The translations under genes were made by a program, and so were the position numbers. From positions 47,048 through 111,047 of the forward strand of contig JAJSAM010000026.1 of NCBI GenBank assembly GCA_024274785.1: a stretch of 64,000 nt of DNA. Reading direction: 5' to 3'. The stretch comes from Planctomycetota bacterium (GTDB lineage: Bacteria; Planctomycetota; JAJSAM01). Positions within the stretch are counted from its first letter, which is position 1. Every line of letters begins with the position of its first letter. This document shows positions 56,323-64,000 of this stretch, piece by piece. The notes beneath the pieces are model-generated. The model made no database searches. It saw nothing but the letters and a program-made list of their open reading frames with translations, and had not been told where the DNA came from.

Positions 56323-57189
56323 ATGCGGAACAAAGCCCTGCCATTCGCACTCGCCGTGATGACCGTGTTCGCCGCCTCCTGCGATTCGGGGGCGGAAAAG
56401 GCCGCTTTCGACAAGTACGAGGCGGCGGTGAGCGACGTCCTCGAGGAGGAGGCCGAACTCCGGAAGCGTTACGAGGAGGAGTTCGCGAACATGCAGGCCT
56501 ACAACAGCCAGGATGCCTTCGACCTGCTCGTGCGGCAGAAGATGATCCCGTTCTACGAGGAGATGAAGAAGACGGTCGGAGCGGTCTCCCCGGAAGGGGA
56601 TGAGTTGAAGAGGATTCACGGTCTGCTCATCCGGTACGCCGGACTTTGCAGCGAGATGGTGAAGCTCGACACGAAGAGTGTCACCATCAGCGAGATGGAG
56701 AAGCCCGCCCTCGATCGCCTGAACAGGGCCATGAGTGAACGGGAAAAGGCCACGCGCGGCTTCAACGACGCGCTCTCGTCCCTCCCCGAACTCATGCAGA
56801 AGCTGGCCGCGATGTTCACCACGGAGCAGCAGGCCGCGCTGACGGTGGTGCAGAGCCTGCAACTCGTCCGGAAGGGGGAGGTCTCCCCGGCGGATTTCCT
56901 GAAGTACCTGGACGATCAGATCGACCCATTCTACGAGAAACTCGTGACCGCTCTCGCCGAACTCCAGGTTTCACCCGCCGAGCAGGCCGCCATGTTGAAG
57001 GCCAAAGCCTACGTGGGCACGACGATGGCCCTCTTCATCGCCGCCCGCGAGATCGCGTCGGTTCGCCCGAAGATGCTCGAGGAACTGGCGCCGCTTCGGG
57101 AACGGCTGGCCGAATTGCAGGTCGAGACGACCGGGCTGCTCGACGACTACCGGAAAGAGGCCCGCGCCTACCGCGACAGCCTGCGCTGA
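56323..57189 (+). CDS. All-alpha hypothetical lipoprotein.
   Basis: Signal peptide with lipobox MRNKALPFALAVMTVFAASC. A coiled-coil-like Glu/Lys/Ala-rich body. Confidence 0.6.
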   Translation: MRNKALPFALAVMTVFAASCDSGAEKAAFDKYEAAVSDVLEEEAELRKRYEEEFANMQAYNSQDAFDLLVRQKMIPFYEEMKKTVGAVSPEGDELKRIHGLLIRYAGLCSEMVKLDTKSVTISEMEKPALDRLNRAMSEREKATRGFNDALSSLPELMQKLAAMFTTEQQAALTVVQSLQLVRKGEVSPADFLKYLDDQIDPFYEKLVTALAELQVSPAEQAAMLKAKAYVGTTMALFIAAREIASVRPKMLEELAPLRERLAELQVETTGLLDDYRKEARAYRDSLR

Positions 57190-57674
57190 CCCGACCCGCA
57201 GCGCGTGGGGCTCCGGGCCAGTGACCTGGTTTGGACCGGCGGGAACACCCCGCTCGCCCGGTACGGCCCGAAGCCCCACGGGCTGCGCATCCTCTACCAA
57301 CGGGAAACCCGACGCAGGGTTCGATCTCCCGCGCGGGCTGGCCGCTTCGAGGTGTGATCTACCCCATCATGGTTCTTGATGAAGGGGGGAGCCCTGCATG
57401 GATGACGTTCGCGATACCAACGTGAAGGTCGATGGCGCGCCGGTGTGGGAACAGTCCGACCCTGCTCCGCCGCGATGGTCCAGGCGCGCTCGCCCCCGGC
57501 ATTGCGCGTCCTCCGGAGGGTGCCGCTCCGGGTCTGGCCCGTTCGTGGTTGGATCCCCGGCTGTGGAGAACGGCCATCGCGATGTCGCGTTCGTCCAACG
57601 TATCCTGAATTGCCGGTAACATCAGCACCAATGCGACGTTCAATAAGGGTGACTGGGACCCGGAGGACCGTGTC

Positions 57675-58916
57675 ATGCCCTTGAAGACCATGTTGATTTT
57701 CGCCATCCTGGCCGGGGTCGTGCTGCCCGCCGCCGCGCAGGATGTCGTGCTTTTGAAGAATGGCGACCGGCTTGCCGGAAAGGTCACCGACGGGATGCTC
57801 GAGGTCCGCCTCGATACGCCCGCCGGCGAGGTGGCCCTGCCCTGGAGCGAGATCGAGAAGATCGACCGCGCGAAGTACGTCCGCGAGCTCTACCGCGACC
57901 GCGCGGGCGAGGTCGATCGCCAGGATGTCCAGTCCCACTACCTCCTGGCCCTCTGGTGCCGTCGCCAGGGACTCGGCGAGGAGATGCGGAAGGAACTGGA
58001 ACTGATCCTCGCCATCGATCCCGGCCACCGGGCCGCCCGCTCCGCCCTGGGCTTTGAGAAGGTGGACGAGAAGTGGGTGGCCGGAGACCAGATCAAGAAG
58101 GCCAAGGGCTTCGTCAAGAAGGGCAACCGCTGGATTCTCGAGGAAGAGGCCGCCTTCGAAGAGATGGTGAAGGAGCGCAACCGGCAGCTCTCCGCCGAGG
58201 AGTTGAAGGCCTCCGATCTGATCATCAAGGCCGCCGACGAGAACGTACGCGCCCGCAAGTACGCCGTAAAGGCGCTCTCCGCCATGTCTTTCAACGAACT
58301 GCGCGTTCCGCTGTACCGCGCGCTTGGCGACAAGCGCGAGGAGGTCCGGGCCGCGGCCGTGGCCGAACTCGGCAAACTCGGCGAGTTCGAGGCGGTGCGC
58401 CCGATGATCCGTACCGCGGTCCTCGATACGTCCGGGATGGTGCGCGGCGAAGCGGTTCTGGCGCTGCGGGAACTGGGTGGACCCGGCACCGTGGTTCCGT
58501 TCATCCGCGCCCTCTCCTCCCCGAATCCCCAGATCCGGATGAATGCCGCGCAGGCGATCGGCGACCTCGGGGACATCCGCGGCGTCGAGTACCTGATCAC
58601 GCAACTCGGCCAGAACTGGGGCCCCACCGGCAGAAACAACATCTCGGTGATGAACCAGGTCTCCTACATCCGCGACTTCGACGTGGAAATCGCCCAGGCT
58701 GCGCAGATCGGCGACCCGATCGTGGGTGTGCTCCGCGAAGGCGTGATCCTCGACGTGATGGTCGTCGGCGTGAGCCGCAAGATGACGACGGTGGAGCGCC
58801 GCTTCATCCGCAAGGCTCTGGTGAAGCTGACCGGTGAGGACCTCGGCGACGGGGAACCGGCCTGGTCGAAGTGGTGGGGGAAGAACAAGGATCGCTTGCT
58901 GGCTGATGCGGATTGA
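57675..58916 (+). CDS. Secreted HEAT/PBS-lyase-repeat protein.
   Basis: The start has a GGAGG Shine-Dalgarno. It has a signal peptide and tandem HEAT-like repeats (EVRAAAVAELGKLGEFEAV...VRGEAVLALRELGGPGTV...IRMNAAQAIGDLGD). Confidence 0.7.
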   Translation: MPLKTMLIFAILAGVVLPAAAQDVVLLKNGDRLAGKVTDGMLEVRLDTPAGEVALPWSEIEKIDRAKYVRELYRDRAGEVDRQDVQSHYLLALWCRRQGLGEEMRKELELILAIDPGHRAARSALGFEKVDEKWVAGDQIKKAKGFVKKGNRWILEEEAAFEEMVKERNRQLSAEELKASDLIIKAADENVRARKYAVKALSAMSFNELRVPLYRALGDKREEVRAAAVAELGKLGEFEAVRPMIRTAVLDTSGMVRGEAVLALRELGGPGTVVPFIRALSSPNPQIRMNAAQAIGDLGDIRGVEYLITQLGQNWGPTGRNNISVMNQVSYIRDFDVEIAQAAQIGDPIVGVLREGVILDVMVVGVSRKMTTVERRFIRKALVKLTGEDLGDGEPAWSKWWGKNKDRLLADAD

Positions 58917-58992
58917 AGCAGGCCTCCCGGGTCTTGCCTGTATTCCTCACCATGCGAACGGCCTGAGGGGCGGTCGCGGCTCATCGCCGGAA

Positions 58993-59043
58993 GGTGCCCC
59001 GGACTTCCTGGTGCCCCGGATTTCTTGGCGCCCCGGGCCTTCA
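58993..59043 (+). promoter_or_regulatory. Three tandem 17-bp direct repeats (GGYGCCCCGGRYYTYCT) upstream of the small basic protein gene.
   Basis: GGTGCCCCGGACTTCCT, then GGTGCCCCGGATTTCTT, then GGCGCCCCGGGCCTTCA. They lie about 40 bp upstream of the 59084 start. Confidence 0.4.
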
Positions 59044-59083
59044 TCACTAAGATCGGCGCTTTCGTCGACTGGAGGGCGGAGAA

Positions 59084-59290
59084 ATGTCCGTACACAAGAG
59101 TCTGAAGGTCCGCGGGATGCTGGTTCGCGCGCGCAACGTCATGACCCGCGCCGAACGCATCGCGATGATGGAACAGAACCGCACCTGGAATGAAGGTGAC
59201 GCGGTCTACGGCCTGCCGAAGACCAAGGTTCCGAAGATCAAGAGGGGCGGCAAGAAGAAGAAGAAGGAAGAAGAGAAGGAAGAAGAGTAA
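59084..59290 (+). CDS. Small (68 aa) lysine-rich basic protein of unknown function.
   Basis: A GGAGGG Shine-Dalgarno 7 nt upstream and strong GC3 bias. The C-terminus is KRGGKKKKKEEEKEEE. Confidence 0.55.
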   Translation: MSVHKSLKVRGMLVRARNVMTRAERIAMMEQNRTWNEGDAVYGLPKTKVPKIKRGGKKKKKEEEKEEE

Positions 59291-59347
59291 GGGCCCGTCT
59301 GGAGTTAACTGCCGCATTCGAGGGCCGCTGCATCCCGTCGTCCGTCA
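59291..59347 (+). repeat. Intergenic repeat family 1, copy D. It is a 5' fragment only (left terminal inverted repeat plus the first core block).
   Basis: GGGCCCGTCTGGAGTTAACTGCCGCATTCGAGGGCCGCTGCATCCCG matches the first 57 bp of copy B. It then diverges into unrelated sequence. Confidence 0.7.
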
Positions 59348-59398
59348 TTCCCCCTGCCCCGACTCGCTGCAATCTGAATCTCCGCGCACTGCTGCCCG

Positions 59399-59502
59399 GC
59401 CGCAATGGAGGGTCGACCTCCGGGCGACTGTGCTGGTGGTCCGGGAGCGCCACGCCGAATCTGCGTGCGCCGCGAAGGTTTCGAACGTCAGTACTACAAG
59501 AT
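59399..59502 (+). repeat. Intergenic repeat family 2, copy 2.
   Basis: About 90% identical to 35283..35390. Substitutions are spread across codon positions. It lies between convergent genes. Confidence 0.75.
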
Positions 59503-60393
59503 GCGGTTTCGCACCATCGTGACCGCGAGCCGCAGCGCACAGAGCATCGAACTCTCATCCGCGACACCACGCCCGGCGATGTCGATGGCGGTGCCGTGAT
59601 CGGGTGAGGTGCGCACCACCGGCAGCCCGATGGTGATGTTCACGCCCCGGCCGAACGACAGCGCCTTGAACGGCCCGAGTACCTGGTCGTGGTACATGCC
59701 GACGATCGCATCGAATTCGGCGCGCGCGCGAGGGGCGAACGCGACATCCGCCGGGTGCGGCCCGGATATTCTCGGGCCGCGTCCGGCGATACCCCGAATG
59801 GCGGGGGCGATCATGTCGATCTCCTCGGTGCCGAAATGTCCTCCCTCCCCGGCGTGTGGATTGAGTCCGAGGACACCCACGTGCGGATCACGGATGCCGA
59901 AATCCCGGCTCAGGCTCTCGAGAGTCGTCAGGATGCGGTCCGAAATCAGCTCGAAGGACAACTTCTCGGCAACTTCGGCCAGCGCGAGGTGAGTCGTGAC
60001 CGGAACGACCCGGAGATCGTCCGCGGCGAGCATCATCGCGTGGTCCGGCGTCTCGAATCGCTCCGCGAAGAACTCGGTCTGGCCCGGGAAACGGAAACCG
60101 GCGGCCCGGAGCAGCGCCTTGTGGACCGGTGCGGTCACGATGGCGTCGGCCTGGCCGGCGAGAGCCAGTTCCGCGGCGCGTTCGAGCGCGGCAAGAGCGG
60201 TATTCGCCCCTTCGACCTCCTCGATCTCGACTGGCGGTGGGACGTTGAGATCCGCCGCGGTCCGGGACAGTTCTTCCGGGTCCCCGATGACCAGGAGCGA
60301 GACGTCCTCCGGCGCCCGATACTTCGCCAGGGCTTTCAAGAGGACTTCCGGTCCGATGCCGGTCGTCTCTCCCTGCGTGATCAGAACCTTCAT
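59494..60393 (-). CDS. pdxA: 4-hydroxythreonine-4-phosphate dehydrogenase.
   Basis: MKVLITQGETTGIGPEV and TAPVHK motifs. The metal-site pattern is HxGxEGxxG. A GGAGGA Shine-Dalgarno lies upstream. Confidence 0.85.
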   Translation of the reverse strand: MKVLITQGETTGIGPEVLLKALAKYRAPEDVSLLVIGDPEELSRTAADLNVPPPVEIEEVEGANTALAALERAAELALAGQADAIVTAPVHKALLRAAGFRFPGQTEFFAERFETPDHAMMLAADDLRVVPVTTHLALAEVAEKLSFELISDRILTTLESLSRDFGIRDPHVGVLGLNPHAGEGGHFGTEEIDMIAPAIRGIAGRGPRISGPHPADVAFAPRARAEFDAIVGMYHDQVLGPFKALSFGRGVNITIGLPVVRTSPDHGTAIDIAGRGVADESSMLCALRLAVTMVRNRIL

Positions 60394-60788
60394 CTGCCGA
60401 TCCTCCGTACCGCCACATCCAGGGGGAGCAGGCCGAGCGCCACGAGCAACAAGGGAAGGTGCACCGGCTTTTCACCAGGCCGCCGACGGTCCTTCGGAGC
60501 TTCCGGAAGCCCCGATCCGTCCTCGCTCGAGGCCAGGACCAGAGTGCTGATGGTCTCCTCGTCGACGCCGGTCGTGAGATCCTCCCGGGACCGGCCGGCG
60601 ACCGCGACCGCTCCCGCCATCTTCCCATCCGCGGCGGTCAACGTCACTCGGATGAAGGACCCCGCGGGGGACGGTGGCAAGTCCGCTTCATACAACCCCG
60701 GCCCCGTACGGGCAAAGGAAAGCGGCGCCTCCTGACCGTCGATCATCGCACGGCCGTCCCGAGGCGGCTCGGGAGTGCGCGCCACCAC
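60390..60788 (-). CDS. Small hypothetical protein with a C-terminal transmembrane helix. It is translationally coupled between the BatA-like gene and pdxA.
   Basis: A GTG start lies 9 nt after the upstream stop. Its TGA stop overlaps the pdxA ATG (ATGA), and its 3' end contains the pdxA Shine-Dalgarno. Codon bias is moderately good. Confidence 0.4.
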   Translation of the reverse strand: MVARTPEPPRDGRAMIDGQEAPLSFARTGPGLYEADLPPSPAGSFIRVTLTAADGKMAGAVAVAGRSREDLTTGVDEETISTLVLASSEDGSGLPEAPKDRRRPGEKPVHLPLLLVALGLLPLDVAVRRIGR

Positions 60789-60797
60789 TCGCCGTCC

Positions 60798-62927
60798 TTA
60801 GATGATCACCGTGGTGCCAGACTCACCCTCCTCGTCTTCCGCCCCGGCGAGCTGCCGGCTGAGCTGTGCGAGGAAGCGCGGGTAGTCTTCCCAATTCTGC
60901 CAGGCGATCAGTTCCCCGGCGAAGTGCGCCACCCGGCCTTCACCGAAGCGCCAGACCGTGAGTGCCGGTGAGCCGTCCCCGGTGACCAGGGCGGTCTGCG
61001 CCGGAAAGCGGGGCTCCACCGGCTCGATCTCCGGGAGTTCGGGAAAGGTCAGGCCTTCGAGAAAGGGCAGAGGGGCGGCGGCGGTCACCGATACCGGCTC
61101 GGATAAATTCGGCTGGTCGGGGGCGTCGGGTTCGGCTTCGGGCGGTTCGCCGGTACCCGCGGTCACATCCGGAGAGGGTTCGGTTTCCGGGGGCCGCTCG
61201 GCTTCGATGACGCGCTGCGTATCGAGGGTCACCACCCGGGGCAGTTCGCGCGGATCGTTGGCGGGGTAGAAGCGGCCCCGGCCCCAGCGAGCGAGGGAGC
61301 CGAGGAGTCGCGGCTCGTAGTCGTTCCCGACTCCCACCGTGGAGATGGTGATGCGGTCCCTGACCATCCGGGTGATCAGCTTCCGGAAGCCCGCGAGCAG
61401 GTCCTGGCCGTCGGAGACCAGGATCACGTGCTTGATGCCTGACTTCTCCTCCCGGATGCCGGCGTAGGCTTCCTTCAGGGCGACGAAGATCTCCGTTCCA
61501 CCTCTCGGCTGAAGCCTTCCGAGCGCACGCCGGAGCCCCAGCAGGTCTCCCGCCGCGGTGGGGCGGCGGATCCACTGGACCTCGTCATCGAACGCCAGAA
61601 TGCCGATGCGATCTTCCTTGGGCAGGGTCTGGGCCGCGGCCAGGCAGGCGGCTTTGGCCACCGCCATCTTTCCGCCCCGCATCGAGCCGGAGCGGTCGAT
61701 GACCAGCAGCAGCGTGATGGTCAGCGCGTCCTTGTCGACCTCGGCCGGGCTCGCGCCCTCTTCGGGAGGCTTCTCCTCGGGAGGCCTCTCTTCCGGAGGC
61801 GGCGGGGTGATTTCAGGGGGAGCGGGCATTGCGGCGGCGGGAAGCAGGTCGGTGACGGGGGCGTTCTCGTAGCGGGACAGTCCGCGGGGCGCGCCGGTGG
61901 CCACGAGCAATCCGCCGCCCTCACTCACATAGGAGAGAAGTTTTCCTCCCGAGGGGGGCAGTGCGAAGCCCGCCAGGATGATCACCACTCGTGCCTCGGC
62001 AAGGCTCGGCACGACCGGCCCGGCAGAATCGACCGCCGCGACCGAAAGCCCCTGCGCGGCGAGCGCCCGGGGTACCGGCCCGTCCTCCGGGGACCCGAGG
62101 ACGAGCACCTTGAGCGGCCCTTCGACCGTAACCATTTCGGCCGCGGCCGCAGAGCCTCCCGGGCCCCGGACGACGGCAGTGATCTCATGGGGGCCGGCGG
62201 CCATGGTCACGCCGCCGAGTTTCGCGATGCCGTCGTTGAATTCCGCGTGTCCGGCGGGCTCTTCGTCGATGCTGATGCTGACTTCCCGGGCCCCCGGGGC
62301 GGAAACCCTGATCGAAACCGGGGCGCCTTCCCGGATGGGGCGGGGGACGGAGATGGTCGGGACACCGGGAACTGTGGCGGGTTGCTCACCGCGCTCGGCA
62401 TCGATGGGGCGGACGCCGATCGCGCGGCCTGATGCGGCGAGGTCCGAGAAAAGCCCGGCCGCGTCGGCGTCGAGGTGTCCGTCGGTGGTCAGGATCACGC
62501 GGTCCGCGGCGTTTGAGGCCGCCGTCAGGAGAGCACTGCGAGCGTCGGTGGAGTCTTCGTCGCCGAAAGGCAGGACCGCGGTCAGCCCTTCCTCCCGGAG
62601 GACGGAGACGAATCCGTCTACTTCCGCCCGGCCTTCCCGGGAAACGGATCCCGACACATCCGCGAGCACGATCGTCCCCCGCGCTTCCCGGGTCTCGAAG
62701 GCCCGGAACGGCCCGGCCGCCGCCACGATCAGCAGCACGATGATCGCCGAGCGCAATACCGTCGCGGTCACCCGCCGCAGCGCCGACCCGGTCCGCTTTC
62801 GCCCGAGCACGGCCGCAACGAGAATCAGCAGCAGCGCCGCGGGAACGGCGTAGAGATACTCAGGACGTGCAAACGAGACATCACCCATGCGCGGAGGAAT
62901 TGTACGCGAGGACGGGTGCCAGCCCAC
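60798..62927 (-). CDS. BatA/BatB-like aerotolerance-family protein: an N-terminal double-transmembrane domain and a von Willebrand factor A domain with an MIDAS motif.
   Basis: The N-terminus is PEYLYAVPAALLLILVAAVLGRKR (BatA-type). The vWA MIDAS motif is DRSGSM. There is a Pro/Glu-rich linker. An alternative ATG start lies at 62888. Confidence 0.7.
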   Translation of the reverse strand: MGWHPSSRTIPPRMGDVSFARPEYLYAVPAALLLILVAAVLGRKRTGSALRRVTATVLRSAIIVLLIVAAAGPFRAFETREARGTIVLADVSGSVSREGRAEVDGFVSVLREEGLTAVLPFGDEDSTDARSALLTAASNAADRVILTTDGHLDADAAGLFSDLAASGRAIGVRPIDAERGEQPATVPGVPTISVPRPIREGAPVSIRVSAPGAREVSISIDEEPAGHAEFNDGIAKLGGVTMAAGPHEITAVVRGPGGSAAAAEMVTVEGPLKVLVLGSPEDGPVPRALAAQGLSVAAVDSAGPVVPSLAEARVVIILAGFALPPSGGKLLSYVSEGGGLLVATGAPRGLSRYENAPVTDLLPAAAMPAPPEITPPPPEERPPEEKPPEEGASPAEVDKDALTITLLLVIDRSGSMRGGKMAVAKAACLAAAQTLPKEDRIGILAFDDEVQWIRRPTAAGDLLGLRRALGRLQPRGGTEIFVALKEAYAGIREEKSGIKHVILVSDGQDLLAGFRKLITRMVRDRITISTVGVGNDYEPRLLGSLARWGRGRFYPANDPRELPRVVTLDTQRVIEAERPPETEPSPDVTAGTGEPPEAEPDAPDQPNLSEPVSVTAAAPLPFLEGLTFPELPEIEPVEPRFPAQTALVTGDGSPALTVWRFGEGRVAHFAGELIAWQNWEDYPRFLAQLSRQLAGAEDEEGESGTTVII

Positions 62928-63073
62928 GATTGCCGCCCGCGTCCGCTTTCAGGACCATCGCGGCGCCCCGGTAAACGGTACGGTGGGTGTGGTCGAGATG
63001 GCGCTCGACCCTCCGATGCGGGACTGGCGGGCCACCCCGCGCGCTTGACTTCGACATGGGGCGGGACTGGCCG

Positions 63074-64000
63074 TCACTTGATCAGCATCGGCTCCAGCCA
63101 GTTCGCGAAGTCGCGCACGAAGTCATCCACGTAGTGGACCTTCAGGGTCAGACGCTTTGCCCCGGCGATATTGATCGGAGGGATCCGCGGGGGTTCCTGG
63201 CCGGTTTTCAGGCGCCGGATCACGTCGCTGATGAAACGGGATTTGCCGTCCACGAGCACCTCGAAGCGGACGTCGCCCTCCTTCAGGGCGGTGTCGTCGA
63301 GGGCGATGCGGGCGGTGAACAGGCGATGGCCACCCGTGAGTTTCCAGGTCATCGCCGTGCCGGAGATCACGCCGAGCCCCTTCAAAAAGCCCTCCCCGCC
63401 GGAGAGCAGCGGAGTGTCGAGGAACGAGCGGTCGGTGCGAGGACGATCCCAGGCGTAGGACTCCCCGATCCAGGGGACGATCTTCACCTCTTCGGGCGTG
63501 AAGTCGGAGAGATAGGTGAAGCGCCCGCCGGTCAGGTACAGCGCTAGGACATCGGCCAGCGGAAGCTTGATCCTCGTTCCCCGGATCGTCGTGCCGGAGA
63601 CGGTCTTGCCGTCGGACGTCACGTCCGAAAGGGTGAGGCGGCTTCCGTCAGAGATGCGAATCACCGCAAGACGTCCCTCCGGGGCCTTGGGAGTGGGGGC
63701 GTCGGCGATCCGGATCAGGAGGAGGTTCTCGAAGGGGATCGGGTGGCTGTCGCCGATCTGGCCCTGGACCACGACGTTGGTCCGGGTGAGCTTGAGTAGC
63801 GTTCCCTTCACGTGGTCGAGGTGCCGGTAGTAGAAGATATCCCATTCATTCTCGTCATCTCTCGTGGCGGGGAGTTCGACCGCTTCCCGCCAGGCGGAGA
63901 CGAAGCGGATCTCCGCCACGTCGTCGATCCCGAAGCGGACCGGCCCGACGAACCGGGAGTGGATCGCGATCTCCTCCGCTTCGCTCACCCCGAGCCGCCC
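63074..64000 (-). CDS. NPCBM/NEW2-like carbohydrate-binding-module protein. The N-terminus lies beyond the window end.
   Basis: The C-terminal block FLKGLGVISGTAMTWKLTGGHRLFTARIALDDT...VRFEVLVDGK matches the NPCBM-associated domain pattern. The frame stays open to position 64000. Confidence 0.5.
   Translation of the reverse strand, partial: GRLGVSEAEEIAIHSRFVGPVRFGIDDVAEIRFVSAWREAVELPATRDDENEWDIFYYRHLDHVKGTLLKLTRTNVVVQGQIGDSHPIPFENLLLIRIADAPTPKAPEGRLAVIRISDGSRLTLSDVTSDGKTVSGTTIRGTRIKLPLADVLALYLTGGRFTYLSDFTPEEVKIVPWIGESYAWDRPRTDRSFLDTPLLSGGEGFLKGLGVISGTAMTWKLTGGHRLFTARIALDDTALKEGDVRFEVLVDGKSRFISDVIRRLKTGQEPPRIPPINIAGAKRLTLKVHYVDDFVRDFANWLEPMLIK

Noticed and set aside
59405-59599. A 64-aa ORF starting at the ATG inside repeat family 2.
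   Set aside because: The two repeat copies are conserved at nucleotide level irrespective of codon position. The downstream continuation differs completely between copies. It is treated as a non-coding repeat.
1-64000. CRISPR arrays, rRNA and tRNA genes.
   Set aside because: Inspection of intergenic regions found no regularly spaced short direct repeats with unique spacers. No tRNA-like cloverleaf segments and no rRNA-like conserved stretches were seen.

Overview
This is a high-GC (about 65-70%) bacterial chromosomal window with strongly GC3-biased codon usage. All calls come from reading the six-frame track and translating some regions by hand; no searches or computations were run.

Main contents:
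- A complete 14-gene NADH:quinone oxidoreductase operon, nuoA-N, with nuoC and nuoD as separate genes.
- A two-subunit 2-oxoacid:ferredoxin oxidoreductase, korAB-like.
- An NfnAB / SudAB-type flavoprotein pair.
- A minimal periplasmic nitrate reductase cluster: a lipoprotein tetraheme cytochrome c, then napA, then napD.
- A CrcB fluoride channel convergent with a CLC channel.
- nfo, pdxA, two ECF sigma factors, a TetR regulator, an iron-type ABC permease and a class IV aminotransferase.
- Envelope and signalling proteins: a PEP-CTERM protein, a TPR membrane protein, a BatA/vWA protein, two double-FHA proteins, a HEAT-repeat protein, an OmpW-like barrel, and a B12-binding radical SAM protein.

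The less ordinary content is in the 12.7-35.4 kb stretch and again near 59.3 kb.
- A family of about 150-bp intergenic repeats occurs in four copies. The conserved core is flanked by copy-specific but mutually complementary ends.
- A second, roughly 105-bp repeat family is present in two copies.
- A REP-associated tyrosine transposase (RAYT / IS200-like HUH enzyme) is flanked by perfect 36-bp inverted repeats. It sits next to a standalone Hint-domain lipoprotein.
- Two gene remnants are present: a Ser/Thr kinase truncated after subdomain III, and the C-terminal stub of an M20 peptidase.
- An orphan E1-like ThiF-family enzyme plus a rhodanese lies divergent from a putative FeeM-like N-acyltransferase. 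The roughly 860-bp intergenic region between them carries tandem repeats. No sulfur-carrier protein is visible nearby.
- No CRISPR array, rRNA or tRNA gene was found.

The track's start coordinates appeared to sit one base off my hand count at the korA/korB junction, so exact starts remain uncertain even though I followed the track's coordinates. Start codons were otherwise placed by Shine-Dalgarno proximity where possible.
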